Part shown: positions 18,534 through 32,612 of the stretch, one piece after another
How positions within the stretch are numbered: position 1 is the first letter of the stretch
Layout of the letters: each line of letters opens with the position of its first letter
DNA from: Gemmatimonadota bacterium
GTDB taxonomy: Bacteria > Gemmatimonadota > Gemmatimonadetes > Palauibacterales > KS3-K002
Direction of reading: 5' to 3'
Assembly: GCA_020350785.1 (NCBI GenBank)
Contig: CP070722.1
Location: forward strand, 1,133,939-1,197,938
DNA: 64,000 nt
Translations under genes and position numbers: made by a program
The notes under the pieces: generated by a model
What the model saw: only the letters and a program-made list of their open reading frames with translations
Told to the model about the DNA's origin: nothing
Databases searched by the model: none

Positions 18534-19067
18534 ATGTTGCGGCTTAAGGATCTGATGCAGCCCAACGTGGTTGCCGTCTCACCCGATCTCACCCTGCGAG
18601 AGCTGTTGGAGGTGCTGACCGAGCAAGAGGTAAGCGGAGCTCCCGTCGTTGCCGGCGGCACGGTGATCGGCGTCGTCTCGACCACCGACATCTTCGACCT
18701 TCAAGAGGATGCGCACGACCTGAGCGACCACGGAGCCACAGCGGACCTCGAGTCCTCCGGGCGCCGGAACCCCTCCAGCCCAGAGTTCTTTGTCGACACC
18801 TGGGACGGAACTGGGGGCGGTGCGCTGGAGTTGATGCGGACGGCTCGGGGTCGCTCCTGGAACCTGTTGGATGAATACAATGTCTCCGATGTGATGACCC
18901 GCGAGATCATTAGCCAGCCGTCAAGCACTTCGATCACGACGGCAGCGCGCTACATGATTGACGCTGGCATCCGCCGCATACTCGTCATCGACGATGGAAT
19001 CCTCCAAGGCATCGTGACTACCACTGATATCATGCGCGCCGTCGCCGAGGGACGACTCAAGGGCTGA
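18534..19067 (+). CDS. CBS domain pair protein
   Basis: 177 aa. Two CBS-like repeats (MQPNVVAVSPDLTLRELLEVL...GAPVV and VMTREIISQPSSTSITTAARYMIDAGIRRILVIDDGILQGIVTTTDI). Confidence 0.8.
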   Translation: MLRLKDLMQPNVVAVSPDLTLRELLEVLTEQEVSGAPVVAGGTVIGVVSTTDIFDLQEDAHDLSDHGATADLESSGRRNPSSPEFFVDTWDGTGGGALELMRTARGRSWNLLDEYNVSDVMTREIISQPSSTSITTAARYMIDAGIRRILVIDDGILQGIVTTTDIMRAVAEGRLKG

Positions 19068-19120
19068 GTACGACAGGCGGCGCCTGATCGATTGCCAATG
19101 ATAACTGAAGGGAGAGTCGC

Positions 19121-23679
<4,559 letters not shown>

Positions 23680-23680
23680 G

Positions 23681-25393
23681 ATGGAGAACATTGACTACGC
23701 TCACGTCTTTCAGGAGATCGCCGACCTGCTCGAGATACAGGGTGCGAACCCGTTCCGCGTGCGTGCCTACCGGAACGGGGCCCGGACGATCGAGACTCTA
23801 TCCAAGTCCCTGGAATCCGTGCTGGACGACGAGGACGCGCGCCTCGAGGACCTCCCTGGGATAGGCAAGGACTTGGCCGCAAAGATCCGCGAGCTGTTCC
23901 AGACCGGTCAACTGCAGTTCCTCGTAGAGTTACGCCAGGAGGTGCCGGCCTCGCTCATCCAGATCATGCACATCCCGGGGCTAGGACCCAAGCGCGCCCG
24001 CCAACTCTGGGATGGATTGGAGATCACCACGATCGAGGAGCTGGAGTCCGCCGCCCGCGACGGTTCGCTGGAATCACTACCCGGCTTCGGAAAGACACTC
24101 GAGGCCAAGATCCTGAAAGGGATCGAGGAACTGAAGGCTCGTGCCGGCCGCTTCAAGCTGTCGGACGCCGACATATACGTCCAACCTCTACTCGCTTATC
24201 TGAGAGAAGCGGACGGGCTCGACCACCTGGAAGTCGCGGGCAGCTACCGACGCCGTGCCGAGACCGTCGGCGACATCGACATCCTGGCCACCGCCGGCGA
24301 AGACTCGTCCCTGATGGAACACTTCGTCGCCTACCGCGACGTCGACCAAGTGCTTGCAAAAGGCCCGACCAAGAGCTCGATTCGGCTAAGAGCCGGCCTT
24401 CAAGTGGATCTGCGCCTGGTGCCTCGTGAGAGCTACGGTGCCGCCCTCGTCTACTTCACCGGCTCCAAGGCGCACAACATCGTCATCCGTGGCATCGGCC
24501 GCGAACGAGGGCTCAAGATCAATGAGTACGGCGTCTTCAGGGGAGACCAGCTGGTCAGCGGGACGACCGAGGGTGAGGTCTTCGCCTCTATCGACCTGCC
24601 CTGGATACCCCCGGAACTTCGCGAAGCGCGTGGCGAGGTCGAGGCGGCGCGGGACGGTCGCCTGCCCGAACTCATCGAGCGCCGCATGATCCGGGGCGAC
24701 CTCCAGATGCACTCCACCTACAGTGATGGCAAGAACAGTGTAGAAGAGATGGTGGATGCCTGTCGCGAGCGTGGCTACCAGTACATGGCCATTACCGATC
24801 ACAGTCCGGCACTGGCGATGGCCGGCGTGAAACCGGACGATTTCCGCAGGCAGTATCGCGCGATAGACAAGTTGCAGGCGAAACACGATGATATCCGCAT
24901 TTTGAAGTCAGCCGAGGTCGACATACTCGACGAGGGCAAGCTCGCTCTCGACGATGACCTCCTCGAAGAGATGGACGTTGTCGTCATCTCGGTCCACTCT
25001 AAGTTCAATCTCACGCGTGACCAGATGACTCGCAGAATCACCCAGGCGATGAAACATCCAAGCGTCAATATCCTCGCCCACCCCACCGGCCGCTTGATCA
25101 ATCGCCGCGAGCCCTACCCCGTCGATGTCGAGGAGCTGGTGAAGGTCGCGAGTGAATACGGAGTTCTGTTGGAGTTGAACGCTCAGCCCGATCGCCTGGA
25201 CCTCCGCGACTATCACCTACAGATGGCGCGCGAGGCGGGCGTCAAGATCGTCATTAGCACCGATGCCCACCGGACCGCAGAGCTGGATTACATGACTTAC
25301 GGCATCGAGCAGGCTCGCCGAGGCTGGCTAGAGATAGAGCATGTCGCCAACACTCAAACGCTTGACAAGTTCTTGAAGCTGCTCAGGAAGTGA
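23681..25393 (+). CDS. polX: DNA polymerase/3'-5' exonuclease PolX (Pol beta-like domain + C-terminal PHP domain)
   Basis: Track ORF 23582.. extended. Real start at ATG 23681, 1 nt after the ligA stop (MENIDYAHVFQEIADLLEIQGANPFRVRAYRN...). PHP motif HSTYSDGKNSVEEMV...AITDHS. Confidence 0.9.
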   Translation: MENIDYAHVFQEIADLLEIQGANPFRVRAYRNGARTIETLSKSLESVLDDEDARLEDLPGIGKDLAAKIRELFQTGQLQFLVELRQEVPASLIQIMHIPGLGPKRARQLWDGLEITTIEELESAARDGSLESLPGFGKTLEAKILKGIEELKARAGRFKLSDADIYVQPLLAYLREADGLDHLEVAGSYRRRAETVGDIDILATAGEDSSLMEHFVAYRDVDQVLAKGPTKSSIRLRAGLQVDLRLVPRESYGAALVYFTGSKAHNIVIRGIGRERGLKINEYGVFRGDQLVSGTTEGEVFASIDLPWIPPELREARGEVEAARDGRLPELIERRMIRGDLQMHSTYSDGKNSVEEMVDACRERGYQYMAITDHSPALAMAGVKPDDFRRQYRAIDKLQAKHDDIRILKSAEVDILDEGKLALDDDLLEEMDVVVISVHSKFNLTRDQMTRRITQAMKHPSVNILAHPTGRLINRREPYPVDVEELVKVASEYGVLLELNAQPDRLDLRDYHLQMAREAGVKIVISTDAHRTAELDYMTYGIEQARRGWLEIEHVANTQTLDKFLKLLRK

Positions 25394-25428
25394 ACGAACC
25401 GTGCACCTACCAAGCGGAGGTAAGAGTC

Positions 25429-25896
25429 ATGTCAGTCGCGCCTGAAGTCGAGAAACTCCTGAGGGAAGAGGGCGTGAAGTACGAGGTGATCACACACCCT
25501 ACCGCCTACACGGCGGCGGAGGAGGCCGCGGTCTCACATATCTCGGGCTATGAGTGGGCCAAGACCGTGATCTTCTTCACCAAGAAGGGCGAGCCCGTCA
25601 TGGCGGTGCTCTCCGCCTCTCACCACGTGAACGCACGACTGCTCGAAGACCTCGTCGGCTCCGGCAAGCTTCGCCTGGCTGAGGAGTCGGACTTCGCTGG
25701 CCTTTATCCCAATTGCGAGCCCGGAGCCATGCCGCCGTTGGGCAATCTCTACGGGCAGCGCGTCTACGTGGACCAGAGGTTGACGGAGGACGAAACGATC
25801 GTCTTCAACGCCGGTAACCACACTGAAGCGCTGCGCATGTCTTACGCCGACTTCGCGCGGATGACCAAGCCGGTGGTGGGCAACTTCGCCGAGTAG
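25429..25896 (+). CDS. YbaK/ProX-type aminoacyl-tRNA deacylase (prolyl-tRNA synthetase associated domain protein)
   Basis: Start at MSVAPE (GGAGG RBS upstream). About 155 aa with YbaK-like motifs (VKTVIFFTKKGEPVMAVLSASHHVN, GAMPPLGNLYG). Confidence 0.75.
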   Translation: MSVAPEVEKLLREEGVKYEVITHPTAYTAAEEAAVSHISGYEWAKTVIFFTKKGEPVMAVLSASHHVNARLLEDLVGSGKLRLAEESDFAGLYPNCEPGAMPPLGNLYGQRVYVDQRLTEDETIVFNAGNHTEALRMSYADFARMTKPVVGNFAE

Positions 25897-25913
25897 CCGC
25901 TCCTGCCGGGGCT

Positions 25914-26711
25914 TCAGAGACTGGCGCGCTTGACTGCCTGATCGACATGCTCGGCGATGAAGCGGCGCAGAAGCGTCTCGAAGTCTACGGCGTAGCGCAA
26001 CTCGGAGGCGCGCAGACCGAGCGTGTCCTGGACGTGCTGCCAAAAGTTGGAGGGCGCACTGTACCCGAGCCGGTGAACAACGTCGTACGGGTTGTAACCG
26101 GGATCTTCCAACAGCTTCGACGCGTACATCAGTCGGAGCCAGAGCAAGCAGGTCTTCGGTGTCGGCAATCCACTCGATCTGAACGTGCGATAGAATGAGC
26201 GGTGCGAAGACTCCATGAACTTGCTCCACTCCAGCGCCGATCTGATCTTGTCGACATTCCGAAGGGCAAGCCGAAACGCTCTAACGATCCCACGGTTCTT
26301 CACATCGAGCCCGCCGAATATCCGCTTCAGGATCTGCTCGGACACCGAAAAGCGCGCCGCGTCCTCGACGGAGCGCGCCAACTGCAGCGGCGTATCCCCG
26401 TGATCCAGAAAAACCGCGCTGTGGACGCCGACGCTGCCCAGCCGAAGTAAGGCATCGGCCAGATCCGGTGAGAATGGCATGTAGAGGACGACCGAAAGCG
26501 ACGGATAGTAGGCGCGCAAGCGCTCGACCGCGGCCACTTCGACATCCGCCTCACGCACGGGATCCACAATGACGAGCTCGATCGGCGCCCGGCGAATCAG
26601 CTGGTCGAGATCCGACCAACTGGGTGCGAACACCAGCTCGTAATCATCGCTGATCGCCGCCAGCAGGCGCGAGCGTGCCTGCGGCAGCCACAGATACGCG
26701 GCAGCGTGCAT
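25914..26711 (-). CDS. Response regulator with receiver-like N-domain and AraC-type HTH output domain
   Basis: 265 aa. The N-terminus has an acidic pair (SDDYELV) and a putative phospho-acceptor in VIVDP. The C-terminus has AraC-family HTH signatures (LGYSAPSNFWQHVQDTLGLRASELR). Confidence 0.7.
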   Translation of the reverse strand: MHAAAYLWLPQARSRLLAAISDDYELVFAPSWSDLDQLIRRAPIELVIVDPVREADVEVAAVERLRAYYPSLSVVLYMPFSPDLADALLRLGSVGVHSAVFLDHGDTPLQLARSVEDAARFSVSEQILKRIFGGLDVKNRGIVRAFRLALRNVDKIRSALEWSKFMESSHRSFYRTFRSSGLPTPKTCLLWLRLMYASKLLEDPGYNPYDVVHRLGYSAPSNFWQHVQDTLGLRASELRYAVDFETLLRRFIAEHVDQAVKRASL

Positions 26712-26751
26712 TTTTCAGTCGTTAGCGGGCAGAAACCTGCACAACAGAAGA

Positions 26752-26784
26752 GGCGCCGCCCCGGTCTTCAACGCTGGCGGCGCC
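26752..26784 (-). terminator. 9-bp GC hairpin (ggcgccgcc / ggcggcgcc, 15-nt loop) between tatA and the AraC-type regulator gene
   Basis: Inverted repeat read directly from the sequence in the 100-nt gap downstream of tatA on the minus strand. There is no clear U-tract, so this is a weak call. Confidence 0.3.
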
Positions 26785-26811
26785 CCGGTTAATCAGAGAT
26801 GCACGCACCCC

Positions 26812-27033
26812 TTATTGGGTGTCGTCCCGCTTGGGTGGCTCCACCTGAGCGACGTCCCTGTCGCTCCCGGCGACCTTCGACTCGTTATCGGAGCCCGTTA
26901 CGGATTTCTTGAACTCCCGAATGCCCTTACCCAGCGATTGGCCGATCTCAGGCAGCCGGCGCGCGCCAAACAGCAGTAGGAAAAGGAAGGCGATCAGCAA
27001 GCCCTCGGTCCAACCGAAATTGCCGATTCCCAT
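26812..27033 (-). CDS. tatA: Twin-arginine translocase subunit TatA/E
   Basis: 73 aa: MGIGNFGWTEGLLIAFLFLLLFGARRLPEIGQSLGKGIREFKK, the canonical TatA TM-hinge-amphipathic helix. Confidence 0.9.
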   Translation of the reverse strand: MGIGNFGWTEGLLIAFLFLLLFGARRLPEIGQSLGKGIREFKKSVTGSDNESKVAGSDRDVAQVEPPKRDDTQ

Positions 27034-27122
27034 AGTGTTTTGACTCCAGTCCCCGTCACAGGTACATCTGTAACTTACCGCTTCCCGCCCCCCCGGAAAA
27101 GGGGCGCCCTCCCCCAGGCATC

Positions 27123-27743
27123 CTAGGCCAATCCTAGGGGCCGCGGCGCTTCGCCGCCTTCCGCCAGAAGCCGACCGTGCTCGTCCAGCAGACCCGCCTC
27201 CTGAAGCGCCTCTTGCCCCAGGTGCCCCAGCAATTCCGCCTCACGATCCAGCGTCTCGCGCGTCACCACCCGCGCCGCCGTCTCCCCATCCCAGACGTCC
27301 TCGATCACGCGCCACCCGACGTCACGCGCGATCCGTTCGAGCACGTAGGCGCTGACCAGGTTGTCGTCCAGGTACCCGTAGGGACCACACTCCTCTTCCG
27401 GCACGGCGTCGTCGGGGGACACAAAGTACGCGAGCGCCGCATTGACCCAGGTGCGGTGACGGTGCTGGAGTCGCGGATCGTGCGACAGCGCCATCAGCGT
27501 CGCCACGAAGATCGGGGCCCACTTCACCATGCCAGAGAACCAGCCGCGATAATCCCCTACGTTCTCTCTGACTACTTGAGCGTAGTCACGCACAGCGAAT
27601 CCTCCCTGGCTCAATCCGCTAAACCCCACCCCGATCCTCCAACCACGCCACCCCGCGAAACATAAAGCGCCCGGACAAACCTGACCAGCAGCATCGAGAA
27701 CCGCAGGTTTGCACGTCGTGATCTCCCCAGGGCCGCGTGGCAA
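27123..27743 (-). CDS. DUF1232 (YkvA-like) membrane protein; true start probably internal/alternative, near or downstream of 27650
   Basis: Conserved DUF1232 core ...ALAYFVSPDDAVPEEECGPYGYLDDNLV... preceded by a TM helix WAPIFVATLMAL. The N-terminal 50-70 aa of the track ORF (Cys/Gly/Trp-rich) are probably not translated. Confidence 0.55.
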   Translation of the reverse strand: MPRGPGEITTCKPAVLDAAGQVCPGALCFAGWRGWRIGVGFSGLSQGGFAVRDYAQVVRENVGDYRGWFSGMVKWAPIFVATLMALSHDPRLQHRHRTWVNAALAYFVSPDDAVPEEECGPYGYLDDNLVSAYVLERIARDVGWRVIEDVWDGETAARVVTRETLDREAELLGHLGQEALQEAGLLDEHGRLLAEGGEAPRPLGLA

Positions 27744-28020
27744 GGTCAGAGTGAGGGTGGCGAATTCTTCAACCCGGCGTGGATGCGATCGCTTTGTTCA
27801 CCCTCGACCGGGTGTGAAGGCCCAGGCATACCCATCGGGACCTCGCGATCGTTCGATCGCGCCGCGCCCGGCCCGATCGATCTCGTAGAGCGCCCCCCAT
27901 CAGGTCACAGTCGGGCGTCAGGTCGATCGTTACGGTCCCCCATTCCACACCCTCGAGTTTCCCGTGAAGCAGATGGCATGGTTCTCTGGATCAGCAGCCG
28001 CCAGACCCGCGCTGCCTGGC

Positions 28021-28224
28021 CTACGAGCCGTGCTCCTCAATCAGAAAACAAAGCTCGTCGTCGCTTAGATCCCCGAGCTGTGCGGCCGCCACCTCACCCC
28101 GCAACAACTGGCCCGGCTGGTCCAGGGATTCGAAGACCAGCTCCAACCGCTCTGGACTGGACCGACCGACCGCCATCACCTTCCAGAGCGAACCGTTCTT
28201 GCAACGAACGCTACGTGCGTCCAT
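28021..28224 (-). CDS. Possible small hypothetical protein (~67 aa)
   Basis: In-frame Met inside track ORF 28021..28266, which avoids overlap with the upstream lipoprotein gene. GC3 is about 75%, similar to msrB. No identifiable motif, so this is speculative. Confidence 0.25.
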   Translation of the reverse strand: MDARSVRCKNGSLWKVMAVGRSSPERLELVFESLDQPGQLLRGEVAAAQLGDLSDDELCFLIEEHGS

Positions 28225-28240
28225 CGGGATCAGGTCCGGA

Positions 28241-28906
28241 TCAGTCTCTCGACTCCAACCCGGCAACCGGCGGCGTGGCCGCTTCGCCGGTATACAGGAG
28301 AAGCTCTAGCTCCTCCATACGGTTGATTTCGGGCGTCAAAACCGGCTGCAGCTGCCGCATCCTGTCGTACAGGGCGGCCTGAAACTCGCGCGTGCGTATG
28401 GCGAACTCCGGCTTGCGCAGCACCTCGCTCCGCTTGCGGGCCATCTCTAACTGGATGTTCTGGAAATTGCGAGCCAGCTCGGCCTCCTGCTCCGGATCCA
28501 ACCTCTCGACCGAACGCCTCGACTCCTCCATGATGTCCTCGATCTCGGCCTGGCGTTCGGCGAGTTTCTGGTGGAACTCTGAGTTCTCATAGATCCACAA
28601 ATCCGCGTCGGTCCTGAGCGCGCTCCACTCCGCCGCGATCTCGGGATCCTCCATCGCCTCCGCATGCACTCTGGCTAACGCGCGAGCCAGCTGTTCGTAT
28701 TCAGCCGTGAGCGCCTCTCGGCTCGTGTCGGAAGACTCCTCTTGCGCGGCTGGCGCCACGCTCTCGTCCGTCGCGGTCGACCTTGGAGTCTCCGGCCTTT
28801 GACGGTCCGCCCAGCCGATGTTCTCGGACCGCCCACAGGACAGGGCCGAAAAAGCCAGCACCGTGATCACCAGTTTACATCGCACCCCCCGAACAGATAT
28901 CGACAC
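28241..28906 (-). CDS. Hypothetical lipoprotein, charged coiled-coil-rich periplasmic protein
   Basis: 221 aa. Lipoprotein-like signal (VITVLAFSALSCG) followed by a highly charged E/R/Q-rich helical sequence. No catalytic motif. Confidence 0.5.
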   Translation of the reverse strand: MSISVRGVRCKLVITVLAFSALSCGRSENIGWADRQRPETPRSTATDESVAPAAQEESSDTSREALTAEYEQLARALARVHAEAMEDPEIAAEWSALRTDADLWIYENSEFHQKLAERQAEIEDIMEESRRSVERLDPEQEAELARNFQNIQLEMARKRSEVLRKPEFAIRTREFQAALYDRMRQLQPVLTPEINRMEELELLLYTGEAATPPVAGLESRD

Positions 28907-29038
28907 GTACGCTTCCTTCCTCTTGCAGATTCACCAGCGCTGGGGTATTGAGACTCGCGAAAGCTCTAACCTAGCCACCTCCAAACACCCGGCGCAAACA
29001 GTCGTGGGGCACGGCCCGTCGGGTACCGGAGAACAGAG

Positions 29039-30517
29039 ATGAACCACCTGGGCGACATGCCGGTCGAGGAGTTCAGGCGCGCCGCGATCCGCGCGGTCGA
29101 TTGGATCACCGAATACTTCGCTCATCCGGAGACGTACCCCGTGCTCTCGAGGGTCGAGCCGAAGGCGGTGAAGGAGGCGCTGCCTGCCAGTCCGCCCTCC
29201 TCGGCCGAACCGATCGATGAGATCCTGGACGATTTCGAGCGAATCGTGGTACCCGGGATCACGCACTGGAACCATCCCGGGTTCTTCGCCTATTTCAGCA
29301 TCACGGGCTCCGGCCCCGGAGTCCTCGGCGAGCTGTTTTCCGCCGCCCTCAACGTCAACGGAATGCTCTGGCAGACATCGCCTGCTGCAACGGAGCTGGA
29401 AGAGGTGACACTCGATTGGCTGCGCCAGCTTCTCGGCCTGCCCGTTGGCTTCGAGGGGGTAATCATGGACACCGCCTCGGTCTCGAGCCTCTGCGCGATA
29501 ACCGCGGCGCGGCACGCCCTGGACCTCGACATCCGAGCTCGGGGAATGGCGGGCCGACCCGACCTTCCGCTCCTCTGTCTCTACACCTCGGATCAGGCCC
29601 ACTCCTCCATCGAAAAAGCCGCCCTCGTCCTCGGGATCGGACAACGCGGCGTTCGAAAGATCGCCACGGACCCTGCCTTTCGTATGGACGTCACCCGGCT
29701 GGAGGCGGCGATATCGGCCGACCGCGCGGCGGGTTACCGCCCCTTCTGCGTCGTGGCCACCGTCGGTACGACATCGACGACCAGCATCGATCCGGTACCC
29801 GCAATAGCCGCGGTCTGTCAGCGTGAAGCGCTTTGGCTGCACGTCGACGCCGCTTACGCCGGCAGCGCCGCACTCGTCCCGGAGTACCGCCAGGTACTCG
29901 ACGGCTGTGCCATGGCGGACTCGCTCGTGGTCAACCCGCACAAGTGGCTGTTCACTCCGATCGATTGCAGCGTGCTCTACACCAGGAGGCCCGACGATCT
30001 CACCGGCGCTTTCAGCCTCGTACCCGAATACCTGCGGAGCGGCATGGATGGAGAGATCCGCAACTACATGGATTGGGGCGTGTCTCTGGGCCGGCGCTTT
30101 CGAGCGCTCAAGCTCTGGATGGTGATGCGCGCCTTCGGCCAGGAGGGGTTGTCAAAACGAATCGCCGGACACATTCAGCTCGCGAGACAGTTCGCCGCTT
30201 GGGTCGATGAACACCCCGAATTCGAGCGCCTCGCTCCAACGCCGCTGAGCACCGTCTGCTTCCGGGCCGTGCCCGCCGCTCTGCGGTCTGACACCGCCGC
30301 CTCCGCGGCTGGCGGCGACAAAGCGATCGACGACTTCAACCGCGAGTTGCTGCGGCGCGTGAACGCCAGCGGCGAGGTCTTCCTCTCACACACCACTTTG
30401 CGCGGCCGCCACACGCTGCGGCTGGCGATCGGCAACCTGCGGACGACAGAGCGGCATGTGGCCAGGGCCTGGGAGATCCTCACCACCGAGAGCGCCCGGC
30501 TGACGTCCGAGCTTTGA
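29039..30517 (+). CDS. PLP-dependent group II decarboxylase (aromatic-L-amino-acid / L-2,4-diaminobutyrate / glutamate decarboxylase-like)
   Basis: 492 aa. Conserved HWNHPGFFAYF, SLCAITAAR and the PLP-lysine motif LVVNPHKWLFTP typical of the DDC/GAD/HDC family. Confidence 0.85.
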   Translation: MNHLGDMPVEEFRRAAIRAVDWITEYFAHPETYPVLSRVEPKAVKEALPASPPSSAEPIDEILDDFERIVVPGITHWNHPGFFAYFSITGSGPGVLGELFSAALNVNGMLWQTSPAATELEEVTLDWLRQLLGLPVGFEGVIMDTASVSSLCAITAARHALDLDIRARGMAGRPDLPLLCLYTSDQAHSSIEKAALVLGIGQRGVRKIATDPAFRMDVTRLEAAISADRAAGYRPFCVVATVGTTSTTSIDPVPAIAAVCQREALWLHVDAAYAGSAALVPEYRQVLDGCAMADSLVVNPHKWLFTPIDCSVLYTRRPDDLTGAFSLVPEYLRSGMDGEIRNYMDWGVSLGRRFRALKLWMVMRAFGQEGLSKRIAGHIQLARQFAAWVDEHPEFERLAPTPLSTVCFRAVPAALRSDTAASAAGGDKAIDDFNRELLRRVNASGEVFLSHTTLRGRHTLRLAIGNLRTTERHVARAWEILTTESARLTSEL

Positions 30518-30532
30518 GGGAAGTCCAGGCGC

Positions 30533-31060
30533 TCACCCACTTCGCTCTGCCCGCCGGTAGCAACCAGCGACATCGCCTGCCGCCGACCGCTGCAGCCACG
30601 CGATGTAACCTCGCGGCAAGTCGTGCCGGCGAGCGCCTCGCACGAGAAGCTCCAGGTAGGCGGGATCGGGAGGTCCCTCGGCCACGAGCCAGCTCGGCTG
30701 GCCCAGATAGATCTCAGCTACCTGGCGTGCCTGACGGCCGACGGGCTCGACCCAAACCGTCGCGCGCCGGTAGTGCTCGGGTGTTTCCTCGAAATCGTCC
30801 AGAACCGACAGCGCCTCGCGCGGTAAGCGATAGACCACCCCGTAGGTCGAACAGCCCACCTCCTCTACCACGTTCGCTACCACCAAATTGCCCGATTCCC
30901 CCTCTCCACCCTTGTTGAAGGCCAGACGCCAGCCGTCCAGTCGCGCTGGCCAGCCGGGCTGCAATTCGAGAGACAGGAGGCCGGATAGGAAATCCGGGTC
31001 CATGTTGCAACCATAGGCGAAATAGAGCAGGCCGGGTCTGAGCGTGCGCACTTGCTTCAC
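30533..31060 (-). CDS. Gamma-glutamylcyclotransferase-like (AIG2/GGCT fold) protein
   Basis: 175 aa. N-terminal YFAYGCNMD motif (the YGS[NL] signature of the GGCT/AIG2 family). Confidence 0.7.
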   Translation of the reverse strand: MKQVRTLRPGLLYFAYGCNMDPDFLSGLLSLELQPGWPARLDGWRLAFNKGGEGESGNLVVANVVEEVGCSTYGVVYRLPREALSVLDDFEETPEHYRRATVWVEPVGRQARQVAEIYLGQPSWLVAEGPPDPAYLELLVRGARRHDLPRGYIAWLQRSAAGDVAGCYRRAERSG

Positions 31061-32257
31061 TCACCCGCTTCCTGTTGACCGCGTGACTCGGAACACCTGG
31101 TCATCACCCGGCCGGGCGTGGCCGCGTCCGTCCTGATTACTGGTACCGAAGTAGAGGGCGCCATCAGGTCCAACCGCCAGCGCTCTTACGCGACCGTACA
31201 CAGACGGCCACAACCGCTCCAGAGCCTCGGGTGTTGACCTGTCTGCGGCAAGCAACACGCGATGGAGGTGCTCGCCGCTCAACGTGGCGAAAAAGAAATC
31301 GCCGTCCCACGGCTCGATCGGCCCGCGGTAGAAAACCGCTGCGGCCGGTGCAATGGCCTCGCCGTACTCCAGCCACGGATCGGTGAAACCGGGCAGGCCA
31401 ACCGCCCCAAGCACCCTCGGCCATCCGTAGTTAGCCCCCGGCTCGATCACATTGAGCTCGTCGCGTCCGAAACGGGCCCACTCACCGCTGGGGCCGTGCA
31501 TGGTCGCGACCATGCGGCCCGTCTCCGGGTCCCAGTCGAAGCCCTGGACGTTTCGCAAGCCCAGCGCAAAGACGGCTGAACCCCAGAAAGGATTGTCGTC
31601 GGGGATCGATCCGTCGGGATTTATCCTGAGAATCTTGCCCGCCGTAGAGTTCGGGTCCTGCGCCCGTGCCGGGCGCCCTACGTCCCCGGTTCCGATGTAG
31701 AGCTTGCCGTCCGGCCCGAACGCGATGGCGCCGCCGGCGTGGCGTCGCCCGGCCGCGATGCCCTCGAGGATGACGAATTCCTCTCCGCCGCGCCCGCCCT
31801 CTTCACGAATGCGGCTGACACGGTTGCCTACGCCCCCCTGATCATCGAGGTGGGAATACACTACATAGACGAAGGGACTGTCAGGAAAAGCAGGGTGGAG
31901 CGCCAGGCCGAGAAGACCCGCCTCCCCATCGGCGAAGACTTCGACCCGCGCCCAGGGCGCCGCGCGCAGCCCGCCGTCCTCATCGATCACCCGGATACGG
32001 CCCGGTCGCTCGCTCAGAAACACACGCCCATCCGGCGCCACCGCCAAGCCCCAGACGACCTCGAGATCCCGCGCGATGGACTCCACCCGCACCTCCGGGG
32101 TCTGCAGCCGTGCGCTCTGCAGCGGCATCTCCGGCGACGGTCCCACCCGCGGCGGCCCGCTATCACACGCGATGCCAGCCAGGCCAGCCAGGATTATGAA
32201 GCCTTCCGAACAACGGGTCGCGGAAGCTATCTTGCGAGTTATGGAGTTCCTGGACAT
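31061..32257 (-). CDS. PQQ-dependent soluble sugar (glucose/sorbosone) dehydrogenase, probably lipoprotein
   Basis: 398 aa. Lipoprotein-like signal (FIILAGLAGIAC) and beta-propeller SGDH motifs (GLAVAPDGRVFLSERPGRIRVI; GPDGKLYIGTGD; GPDGALYFGTSN). Confidence 0.8.
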   Translation of the reverse strand: MSRNSITRKIASATRCSEGFIILAGLAGIACDSGPPRVGPSPEMPLQSARLQTPEVRVESIARDLEVVWGLAVAPDGRVFLSERPGRIRVIDEDGGLRAAPWARVEVFADGEAGLLGLALHPAFPDSPFVYVVYSHLDDQGGVGNRVSRIREEGGRGGEEFVILEGIAAGRRHAGGAIAFGPDGKLYIGTGDVGRPARAQDPNSTAGKILRINPDGSIPDDNPFWGSAVFALGLRNVQGFDWDPETGRMVATMHGPSGEWARFGRDELNVIEPGANYGWPRVLGAVGLPGFTDPWLEYGEAIAPAAAVFYRGPIEPWDGDFFFATLSGEHLHRVLLAADRSTPEALERLWPSVYGRVRALAVGPDGALYFGTSNQDGRGHARPGDDQVFRVTRSTGSG

Positions 32258-32612
32258 TCACTTAGGGGACATGGGACGCCCGGTGCTGCCGGAGATCCGA
32301 ACCGAGCTTCGCTGGCAGGACACCGAGCTGTGGATAGCCCGCCGCCCCTACCCCATCGACATCCCCTGTCCCGTCTGCGGCGCTCACACCCGCTGTGACT
32401 TCTTCGGGCGGCAGCGCTGCCCGCAGGGCCATGCCTTCGGGCAGCGTGCCTTCTGGAGCGGGCGCGCCAACACGTGCTGTCTCCTGCTCGAGGACCTGCG
32501 CGACGGCAGTATGTTCGTCTTCCCCCGGACTCCTCTCCGCTGGCGCGACGACGCGCGACTCGTGGTCGCACCTAGGACGGCTGAGCAGCTGGGATCAGAA
32601 GCACTTCCCTGA
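32241..32612 (+). CDS. Small hypothetical zinc-ribbon protein (CPVCG...C..C...CPQGH)
   Basis: Internal Met of track ORF 32076..32612. GC3 is very high (about 85%), supporting real coding. Cys/His pattern: PCPVCGAHTRCDFFGRQRCPQGHAF. The start overlaps the divergent PQQ-dehydrogenase start by a few nt. Confidence 0.35.
   Translation: MEFLDIHLGDMGRPVLPEIRTELRWQDTELWIARRPYPIDIPCPVCGAHTRCDFFGRQRCPQGHAFGQRAFWSGRANTCCLLLEDLRDGSMFVFPRTPLRWRDDARLVVAPRTAEQLGSEALP

Noticed and set aside
27034-27122. C/G-rich run (cccgcccccccggaaaaggggcgccctccccc) between tatA and the DUF1232 gene
   Set aside because: It can form only short, ambiguous stems, it overlaps the likely tatA promoter/RBS region, and no U-tract follows. 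Not convincing as a terminator or repeat element.
27783-28382. 199-aa plus-strand ORF between the DUF1232 gene and the lipoprotein gene
   Set aside because: Low-complexity Pro/Arg/Ser-rich product on the opposite strand to the flanking genes. No motif and no RBS-like context. Likely spurious.
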